This document shows, piece by piece, positions 56,932 to 64,000 of a stretch of 64,000 bases of DNA. The notes under the pieces are model-generated. The model had not been told where the DNA came from. It worked only from the letters and a program-made list of their open reading frames with translations, and ran no database searches. The translations under genes and the position numbers were made by a program. How positions within the stretch are numbered: the stretch's first letter is position 1; each line of letters begins with the position of its first letter. This DNA is from a virus (taxonomy: Duplodnaviria; Caudoviricetes): positions 1,923 through 65,922 of IMG/VR virus record IMGVR_UViG_3300028025_003604; one strand, given 5' to 3'.

Positions 56932-58919
56932 ATCTTATGTGCTTTAAAGTAATCACCGACCTCTCGTACGGCGGTTAAATCTTTTTTGGTAACCTTTATC
57001 TTATCAGCTATTAAGCAGTAGCCTGCAGCCATAGCCAAGTCAAATCGTGTAGTGTTTTGTGTGTCGAACTCAAGCCATTCTTTGATGAGCTCTTTGAAGT
57101 ATACGTTATCAATATTCTCTTTGATGTACGTATCTGTTATCTCTGCAATGTATTGAGTGTTTTTTGCTCCAGCTGCTATTCCGGGTTGAACTCTATCAGG
57201 AAGCCACATTAAAAAATTAAAGTACCCCCGATCTGTCATGTAGTGTTGCAATCCTATCTTCTGGTTCTCGAACAATACTTCTGCGCCATAATACACTGCA
57301 ACCTTTATCACCTCTTCATAAAACATCTGAGGTGTGTCTGGTCTGTAGCAATACTTTGCAACGAATGCATTGTTGTAGCTAGACTCTGTTGGGTTGTGCT
57401 TCTTCAGCACGATGATGGCGCCATTGGACATTTTATTGTCTGCAGTCTTGATGTGGTCAAAGGGATCGACTCCGATTACAAACCCTGTGTTACTAGGGTG
57501 GTAGCTTTCGCCTCTCTTCTGTATCCTGTTAGATTGCGTATCATCTTTAAACAGATAAACAATCTCCCATTTACCATTCTGCCTTGGCTCAAACTCTACC
57601 CTCGTATCCCTGTCACCATCCTTCCAAACAAACTCACCTCTTGTGGTAATGTTATCCTTCCAGCTTAACCTGTCAAGTCTTTCGTTTAGTAACATGGCGT
57701 CGTATAAACAATCGTCACCATCTACCCTGAAAGCCTCTTCGATTGTAAAAGGATTCTTGCGTATGATTGAACTCAACTGACGTGTGTCGTGAGCAAAACC
57801 TTTTCGCATGTTCAGGTAATAGGTCATACCTTTTACCGTGTCTTCATTTCCATACTCGTCAAAGAACGTAGACTCATGAGCTCCGAAGAATAATCTGTAC
57901 ATACCAGATGTAGTTCTTCCATTCTCATCTCTTTTAGTTTGATCACTGTTGGTCCATATATCTTTAGGGCCTCTACCAGTGACATCTATATCTTCAATGG
58001 TTGACGTAACAAAAGCTTTTCCAACCCAGTTGCCGTCCTGATCCATACAATACCTTACGATATTCCATGTATCCCATACGTTAGATCTTTGTGGTTTACC
58101 AAACTCATCCAGCGTGTATGCATATAATGCGTTACCGTCGTATGCGAATGATTCAGATGATCCGAAGTTTATTACGCTTCTTAACTCATCTCCTTGTAAC
58201 ATGTCGTCAGAATGCTTACCCTTGATTGTTGGTTTATAAAACCTTAGTTCTTTCTTAGGGCGCAAACCTTGAGAGGTGTCATAGATAGGCTTGAAGAAGT
58301 GAGGGAGGTTTACGAAGTAGTTGATGAGCTTACTAAAAACAATCTTAGCATCTTCATCCGTTTTACTTTGTGTACCACCAACCTTATCTAGCGCCAAGCT
58401 CAAACGATCTAACTGCCATGCATTCGCTATATATGTTTTACCACCACGACGTCTGCTGACATATACTAACCCGCCAGCTCGGGGATCATCTTCTACCGAT
58501 CTTAAACAGTAGAATATTTTCCTATCCGTATTTCTAAAATTCATGTAACCCACGTTCGTGACGCACCAATTCAGATAATACCAGTGGGTTCCAGTTATAT
58601 AAACATCTTGTCCGTTATTTTTAAACCAAAATCCACAACGTCTATACGTCCAATGTTTCTCACGTATAGCCTCTAGTTCTGGATCGAAGTAGTCAGGATC
58701 TTGTTTCATCCTTAACTCTTCTTTTGCTCTACGTTTATCGTAGTCTCTCGGTAGAAGTATTCTTTCAAACTTCTGTTCCGATTTCTTTGGTGAAGACTGA
58801 TGTACGCCTATGTGTACCAGATCTCCAGTAAGACGGTCAACGCCGTAGCCTACCGGAGGAACCCAGCACTCTATTCCTTGTATGTTTTCAAGCGTACCGC
58901 CTTCTACCTTTCTATACAT
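56928..58919 (-). CDS. terL: terminase large subunit
   Basis: RRRGGKT Walker A, LDEFGK Walker B, GVDPFD nuclease, FDLAMAAG. Confidence 0.92.
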   Translation of the reverse strand: MYRKVEGGTLENIQGIECWVPPVGYGVDRLTGDLVHIGVHQSSPKKSEQKFERILLPRDYDKRRAKEELRMKQDPDYFDPELEAIREKHWTYRRCGFWFKNNGQDVYITGTHWYYLNWCVTNVGYMNFRNTDRKIFYCLRSVEDDPRAGGLVYVSRRRGGKTYIANAWQLDRLSLALDKVGGTQSKTDEDAKIVFSKLINYFVNLPHFFKPIYDTSQGLRPKKELRFYKPTIKGKHSDDMLQGDELRSVINFGSSESFAYDGNALYAYTLDEFGKPQRSNVWDTWNIVRYCMDQDGNWVGKAFVTSTIEDIDVTGRGPKDIWTNSDQTKRDENGRTTSGMYRLFFGAHESTFFDEYGNEDTVKGMTYYLNMRKGFAHDTRQLSSIIRKNPFTIEEAFRVDGDDCLYDAMLLNERLDRLSWKDNITTRGEFVWKDGDRDTRVEFEPRQNGKWEIVYLFKDDTQSNRIQKRGESYHPSNTGFVIGVDPFDHIKTADNKMSNGAIIVLKKHNPTESSYNNAFVAKYCYRPDTPQMFYEEVIKVAVYYGAEVLFENQKIGLQHYMTDRGYFNFLMWLPDRVQPGIAAGAKNTQYIAEITDTYIKENIDNVYFKELIKEWLEFDTQNTTRFDLAMAAGYCLIADKIKVTKKDLTAVREVGDYFKAHKI

Positions 58920-59516
58920 TTATCTCTTAGCCTGTGACTCGGGGCTTAATCTTTTTCGTTTGGTTATTGAGTCTTCGAGTTGTTCATCCCCTCCTGATAA
59001 TTCGCGGATGTATTTTTTGAGTCTCTGAGCTATATCATCTTGAGACTGCATGATTGAAGTTTTTATATTGATCGCCTGAAGGATGTCTTTATCACGACTA
59101 CCATCTACCGGCATCATTACTCTTTGGTTGAATTCGTAGAACGCCTGTTCATTTGATACGACCATAGACCATACCCAGTTATTCTGGTACTTGAGATACT
59201 TCATGATTAATTCTAGCATCTCTTCGCACGGAACATATTCGTCCTCTTCATTCTTAGTTTTAAAATCAAATAGTTCTGTAACATCATCCTTATCTAAGTC
59301 ATACCCAGCAATGGATGCAGCGAATTTCTTACGCTTACCTAGTTCAGGATAGTATTCTCTGAGTGGCGAATTCTGATCGTACATCAAAAGGACGTATCTC
59401 ATCATCTTATCATCAACATCACCTACTATCTGCTTTAGTTTAGGGTACACAACCGTCACTGCCTTTTTAACAGTAGGGTTGAACTCCATCCTTAAGTAAT
59501 CGTTTTCACTAATCAT
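58920..59516 (-). CDS. hypothetical protein, possible terminase small subunit
   Basis: Directly upstream of terL; YVLLMYD..SPL. Confidence 0.5.
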   Translation of the reverse strand: MISENDYLRMEFNPTVKKAVTVVYPKLKQIVGDVDDKMMRYVLLMYDQNSPLREYYPELGKRKKFAASIAGYDLDKDDVTELFDFKTKNEEDEYVPCEEMLELIMKYLKYQNNWVWSMVVSNEQAFYEFNQRVMMPVDGSRDKDILQAINIKTSIMQSQDDIAQRLKKYIRELSGGDEQLEDSITKRKRLSPESQAKR

Positions 59517-60199
59517 GGTCTTGTGGTTTTATCGCATCTGTTACAGTAGCCTTCATACATATTCAGTATGGCGTTATACTCTATATTAGTGACAGCGCCA
59601 CAATCACATGTGATACTATCCGGTACTTCGATAGAAGCCTTAATAGCTTCCCTATAACTTTCAGGTCTTACGATATAAATAACCTTGTCGATGAATGTAT
59701 ATGGCAGTCTCTTAGATAGTGCCGTGTAGAACTCACCGTCACCGCAATAAACAAACCCCCACTTGGGAAGGTTATCGATCTTAGGATATACGCCTGTTGG
59801 GGTGCCAACGTTTCCTATGGCAACCACGTGTTCTCTGGGAACCCGCATATCCTGCACCGAATACTGAAAGAAGTAGAGCTTGTGTTCTGTACAATGACTT
59901 CGTATAATCTCCATTGCGTTAGGAGCGTAGATGTCATCGTCATCGCCATTCATTAAGTAATCTCCCGGCAGTTCATCCTGCCACCTAGACCTAGATCCAT
60001 GGCCCCAATAACCGAGCGGCTCGGGGTTATGTAAAGTGATAACTTTACATTTACTATCTATTTGTAAAGCTATAGGTTGACAATCCCAGATGATGGTTAG
60101 GTAATCGTTCTCGTTTAACTGAGGGGCGATACTATCTATCATCCTTTGTAGGGTTGGTCTACCTGCTGTGGCTATTACTACGTTGAATGATTTGCTCAT
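59513..60199 (-). CDS. GT-A (family 2-like) glycosyltransferase
   Basis: VVIATAGRPTL, GDDDD motif, C-terminal CxC...CxxC. Confidence 0.8.
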   Translation of the reverse strand: MSKSFNVVIATAGRPTLQRMIDSIAPQLNENDYLTIIWDCQPIALQIDSKCKVITLHNPEPLGYWGHGSRSRWQDELPGDYLMNGDDDDIYAPNAMEIIRSHCTEHKLYFFQYSVQDMRVPREHVVAIGNVGTPTGVYPKIDNLPKWGFVYCGDGEFYTALSKRLPYTFIDKVIYIVRPESYREAIKASIEVPDSITCDCGAVTNIEYNAILNMYEGYCNRCDKTTRP

Positions 60200-61154
60200 A
60201 TACTTTTAATCTTTCAGGTGCATGTTTGTATAAGTCATAATTCTCTTTACAGAATTTGTATAACTTATCCCCCGAACTCTTTCTTAGTTCAGGATCTTCC
60301 ACCAACCTTGTTATCTGTTCCACCCATGCCTTCTCTCCGTTTGCATAGTGCACAGGAAGACCACGGTATGGATCAGCATCACTGACCACGACCGGCATCT
60401 TTAGTGCTGCAAACTCAAGCAGTTTCAGATTGCTCTTACACTTGTTAAACTGTGTGGACTTACTCGGAAGAATTCCGATGTCGCCGACATAATTTGACAT
60501 GTAAGAATATGAATCTGCCCACGGCATGAAGCTGTGTGGAATCTTACCATCTGCTGTTAAGTTCTTAACCAGTATGTCAAAGAGCGGGTTCTCTTTATAC
60601 CCAGCTATAACAATCTCGATATTGAGATGAGACAGCTTGTGCATTGCTCCCGCGATAAGGTCGGTGTTCGCATAGTTCATGATCGTACTGGCGTATAATA
60701 GCCTGACACGTTCACTCTTCTTCTGCGCTTTATATTTAAACTGCCCCTTACCATAAGAGATAAGATTAGGCAGAATGTATATATGATTGTTTGGTACCTG
60801 CTCGGCCAGATCTGCATGTGTGCAGGTAACCGCATCGGCATTCATTAAGTGTTGTCGGATCTGTAAGCTGATATTGCTCTTGGTCCACCACTGGTACTTG
60901 GGGTGACCTTTGTCAACCTCCCACCAGTCATCTGTGTCTACCACGATCTTAAATCCATACTTGTCCCTGAACTGGTTCAAGAAGTCTACGGCTATCATGG
61001 TATGACGGCTGTAATGCAGGATGTCACACCATGCCAGATCCTCTTCGGATAACTGGGTTACGGTACGTACATCTGCTTCGATCGATTGGTTTGGTAAGTG
61101 AATACGATGGTAGGTACATCCATCCATCCCTTTCACGTAGGACAACACTTTCAT
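60159..61154 (-). CDS. GT-B glycosyltransferase
   Basis: DTDDWW, DIGILP...FNKCKSNLKLLE...PVVVS. Confidence 0.85.
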   Translation of the reverse strand: MKVLSYVKGMDGCTYHRIHLPNQSIEADVRTVTQLSEEDLAWCDILHYSRHTMIAVDFLNQFRDKYGFKIVVDTDDWWEVDKGHPKYQWWTKSNISLQIRQHLMNADAVTCTHADLAEQVPNNHIYILPNLISYGKGQFKYKAQKKSERVRLLYASTIMNYANTDLIAGAMHKLSHLNIEIVIAGYKENPLFDILVKNLTADGKIPHSFMPWADSYSYMSNYVGDIGILPSKSTQFNKCKSNLKLLEFAALKMPVVVSDADPYRGLPVHYANGEKAWVEQITRLVEDPELRKSSGDKLYKFCKENYDLYKHAPERLKVYEQIIQRSNSHSR

Positions 61155-61160
61155 GCACGG

Positions 61161-61207
61161 CAAAGCTAGACTGGATCTAGGGTTGAGGGCCGGAAAAGAG
61201 GGGGTGA
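61161..61207 (-). promoter_or_regulatory. late promoter TAGCTTTG plus TCACCCCCTCTTTT element
   Basis: Perfect -7 box; upstream element at the same 37-bp offset. Confidence 0.6.
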
Positions 61208-61453
61208 TTATTGGTACATCTCATTGAGGATGCGCTCGAATTTATCGATTGGCATCAATATGTTGTAGACGTCATTACGGGTATAAGCCCTAACTGCAGG
61301 TTCTTCGATTTCGGTATCGTCGATGGTATAACTAACGTTATCTTCTACGTAGGCTTCGATACACATAGGGTTGATGCGCAGGTTTGTGATAACTCCTCCG
61401 CCATCTTCTGATTCAATGACTGCTTTAAACTTTACAAATCTGCTGGTAAACAT
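61208..61453 (-). CDS. hypothetical protein
   Basis: Likely start MFTSRF. Confidence 0.65.
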   Translation of the reverse strand: MFTSRFVKFKAVIESEDGGGVITNLRINPMCIEAYVEDNVSYTIDDTEIEEPAVRAYTRNDVYNILMPIDKFERILNEMYQ

Positions 61454-61794
61454 GGCTTTGGTTTTTTGTAAAAGAATTTCATTGCTACTTCGGTAAACAT
61501 TCCACACAACCAAGCACCTGCCTCGTCGTCTTCCACACCACGGTCGTTGAGGATCTCTCTTACCAGATGATATATCTCGTGGGCGATGGTATTGTTACTT
61601 AGGTATTTTTTATTGATCACTAAGTAATAGTTGTTCAAGTCAAAGCAAATAACTGTTCCTTCTGCGGAGTCTACTTCTTCGTCATACTTCTCATTAGACT
61701 TTTTGTAAATAGAAGCACAGACCTTATCAAAGTTCTCGGCTAGGATAAAGTGCACGTTGCAGCTATATACATCTAGTTTAATTTTCTTGCGCAT
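61432..61794 (-). CDS. zincin-like HExxH protein
   Basis: TIAHEIYH...DDEAGAWL. Confidence 0.7.
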   Translation of the reverse strand: MRKKIKLDVYSCNVHFILAENFDKVCASIYKKSNEKYDEEVDSAEGTVICFDLNNYYLVINKKYLSNNTIAHEIYHLVREILNDRGVEDDEAGAWLCGMFTEVAMKFFYKKPKPCLPADL

Positions 61795-62146
61795 AAAGTA
61801 ATTTCCAGTTGTTAATATATTTTGTCATCTTTCCGCCCATGGTTATTTGAAGGGCAGCTCCGGTAATGTCTTCGATAGGTATAATAAACCAAGCACATTC
61901 CGGTTTGATATAGATGACCATGAAGTCAACGTCAAAGGTGTACTTGCTTTGGTTATATCCAGATGTCTTCACCCAGTAGGCGTTACCTCTTTTGTTAGCT
62001 GTCATCTTGATCTGGACCCTAGACAGCTTACCATTGTGGTCAACGATCCTGTCGTACCTAGCGTGGGCTAGGGGACGGGACACCGTTAGGCCCTTATCTG
62101 TCGCCAGATAATCAAACAATGCTTCAGCTGCGTATCCGTTACTCAA
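61778..62146 (-). CDS. PD-(D/E)XK endonuclease
   Basis: G..AE...YDRIVD...RVQIK. Confidence 0.8.
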   Translation of the reverse strand: MSNGYAAEALFDYLATDKGLTVSRPLAHARYDRIVDHNGKLSRVQIKMTANKRGNAYWVKTSGYNQSKYTFDVDFMVIYIKPECAWFIIPIEDITGAALQITMGGKMTKYINNWKLLYAQEN

Positions 62147-62639
62147 TGACAGTTAGGTATTTAGAGTCCATCTTTAAGAAAGCATTCGTCCTAAATGCAG
62201 TCCCACCATTCACGGTAGCACGTGTTGGAGTTTGTTTGGTTTCAAACTTCTCGGTGTAGTCGCCAACTGATGTGGTTATCTGCCATACCAGTATAACGTT
62301 CTCTTCCATCAGAGAGACTATAACATAAAATGGCACCTTGTACATACTAGATGCTAAGGCGCCAAATTTAAGTTTCTCTGCAGTTATCAGGTACCCTCCG
62401 TTTTCAGATAGGTACTTTCTGGTTAATGGTATACTACCCGCGGTCTTTCTACTTTTGATCTCTGCTAATCCTGTCATCGTTAACCTACCATCGATTACCT
62501 TGGATAGGATAACATCTGCGTTATTAGATGCGCCACTGGTGTTGATCACAGTATAACCCCGAGCAGCAAGTCTTTCTTGTGTTCGGTATTGTTCCTGTAT
62601 AAACAGTTGACCTAGTGGTGTCTCGCAGTCTAGAGGCAT
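62139..62639 (-). CDS. PD-(D/E)XK-like nuclease
   Basis: AD...LAEIKSR pattern. Confidence 0.55.
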   Translation of the reverse strand: MPLDCETPLGQLFIQEQYRTQERLAARGYTVINTSGASNNADVILSKVIDGRLTMTGLAEIKSRKTAGSIPLTRKYLSENGGYLITAEKLKFGALASSMYKVPFYVIVSLMEENVILVWQITTSVGDYTEKFETKQTPTRATVNGGTAFRTNAFLKMDSKYLTVIE

Positions 62640-62723
62640 TCTTCGTAGTTAGCATTGATTTCATCTTCTAGTTGTTTAAGAGTTTTAGTTTGTGTGGGGT
62701 AAGAGAAGCTTACAGTGTATTCT

Positions 62724-63056
62724 TTATTCAGAATCCGAAACGATAGTATCAGCAACTTGTGGTACACTATCTTGTCCGGGAAGCACTGCATCAGCATCTC
62801 GCTTTGCTTTTTCATTGCGTTCGGTTTGAAGTTTATGTATTTGTTCTAGGTAACTGTGTATACCTGCCATACCAAGCTTTTCGTACGCATGACGCAAGCG
62901 TCTCTCGTGGTTGATCTCTATGAGGTAGAGGTTTGGTTGGGGTTCTTTATCCCCTTTCTCATTAACACCCCACTCAAAACCAGACATGTGTTGTTCATAC
63001 ACCACTGGCAGCTTTGAAGCGATCTCTCGTATTTGTATAATGGTTTTCTTCTTCAT
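62724..63056 (-). CDS. hypothetical protein
   Basis: INHERRLRHAY..G. Confidence 0.65.
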   Translation of the reverse strand: MKKKTIIQIREIASKLPVVYEQHMSGFEWGVNEKGDKEPQPNLYLIEINHERRLRHAYEKLGMAGIHSYLEQIHKLQTERNEKAKRDADAVLPGQDSVPQVADTIVSDSE

Positions 63057-63412
63057 TAACTAAGCATTAAGAAGTACTTAAGTTTACCTACAGATTCCTC
63101 GAACTCACCAGACAGGTTGATCATAGCCTCGTCAGCTATACCTTTGGCGTAGTTGCAGAACATCTCAGCTAAAGCAGAAGCCTCCATTTCTATGTTCTCG
63201 CCAACCTCAATAATAGATGCTGACACTTTCACGATCTTTCTTTCGCCGATATGGTACTCAATCAGGCGGTCCTTTGTCTCGTTAACTTTCGCCAAAAAAT
63301 CACCAAAGGCTTCATGAGCAGCGAACGACTTAGTGTTCACGTGTGCTACGTGAGCACCCACTGATAGCGCATAGAACTTGCGGATCAGAATGTCAATTGT
63401 TTTTACTTCCAT
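63056..63412 (-). CDS. ferritin/Dps-like four-helix protein
   Basis: HVAH.NTKSFAAHEA...D.LIE...LKY.L. Confidence 0.7.
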   Translation of the reverse strand: MEVKTIDILIRKFYALSVGAHVAHVNTKSFAAHEAFGDFLAKVNETKDRLIEYHIGERKIVKVSASIIEVGENIEMEASALAEMFCNYAKGIADEAMINLSGEFEESVGKLKYFLMLS

Positions 63413-63983
63413 TGTATTTAATTAAAATGTTATTGTTATACATGCAATACAGCCTCTTGCCTTCGATAATATTCCAGAACTTACCTACCTCTTCGTACTC
63501 TACCTCACATCCGTTAGGAATATCTGGGTCGAGACTGGAGTAGACACGGCCACGGTTCTTCTCCTTCTTTTGGGCCAGCTCGGGAATTATTAGTAGCTCA
63601 CTGGTCACCTCCTCTTCAATAGGATCAATAAGGATATGTGAACCTACTGGCAGCACCTTACCATCTCTTACAAGTGCTATCGCATTCCAATAGTCTACGA
63701 TCCAGTACTCCTCACCTTCGTGCTCTATCCTGTTGTCAGGATCTAGAACGACGTTGAAGTTGAAGTACAGTTTGTCGCCTACCTGAACGTTATGCTGGAA
63801 GTCATCGTCCACATGTACGAAATCTACATGCATAGGTATAGCGGTCACTATACCACAGGTGGTAGAGTTCTCCTCTGGTTTCCAAGTCGTGTCTTTAAAT
63901 AACTTTATTCCGCTATCTGTTTCAATCTCGTCTTGAAACTTCTTTTCAATTTGTACGAATATCCTGTTGAATACGGGTTGCAT
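63393..63983 (-). CDS. tandem GroES-like co-chaperonin
   Basis: PVFNRIFVQ...TDSGI...G.V...VQVGDK; second repeat PVGSHILIDP...IIPE...GRV. Confidence 0.7.
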   Translation of the reverse strand: MQPVFNRIFVQIEKKFQDEIETDSGIKLFKDTTWKPEENSTTCGIVTAIPMHVDFVHVDDDFQHNVQVGDKLYFNFNVVLDPDNRIEHEGEEYWIVDYWNAIALVRDGKVLPVGSHILIDPIEEEVTSELLIIPELAQKKEKNRGRVYSSLDPDIPNGCEVEYEEVGKFWNIIEGKRLYCMYNNNILIKYNGSKNN

Positions 63984-64000
63984 AATATAAAGTTAGACAT

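Noticed and set aside
26928-62556. Numerous + strand ORFs antisense to structural genes (e.g. 31590..31922, 53970..54437, 57243..57668)
   Set aside because: Shadow ORFs of long, well-supported - strand genes
1-64000. Stop-codon reassignment as in some crAss-like phages
   Set aside because: Long genes are intact under the standard code, TAG and TGA both terminate genes, and no suppressor tRNA was seen

Overview
The window looks like an essentially complete ~64 kb temperate podovirus-type phage of a Bacteroidota host. Support: TAnnTTTG/-33 TTTG promoters, SD-less A-rich leaders, and a crAss-like/Cellulophaga-podovirus-like head and tail module. Layout on the + strand: an early region of many small genes (~1.5-11 kb), an attP-like region, tyrosine integrase and XRE repressor (11-13.6 kb), and a recombination/replication/nucleotide module (13.7-22.6 kb; no DNA or RNA polymerase recognised). 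The - strand carries lysis, ejection, tail, capsid, portal, terminase and accessory genes (23.5-64 kb). The standout feature is an RNA-processing system in the early operon. A host-type promoter with rRNA-like boxA elements is followed by four intact hammerhead ribozymes at gene junctions (1936-3088). Six miniature tRNA-like elements (acceptor stem + T-arm) occupy the equivalent positions further on (3586-6509), followed by three aberrant full-frame tRNA-like RNAs. Together these would cut the early polycistronic mRNA into short units. Other signals: a strand-biased, over-represented CCCCCGA(A/G)CT motif genome-wide; a conserved late-promoter element; integrase-type repeats duplicated 10.6 kb from the integrase; and TonB-box-like motifs in the giant ejection protein. 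All protein calls come from motif recognition by eye, without database searches.
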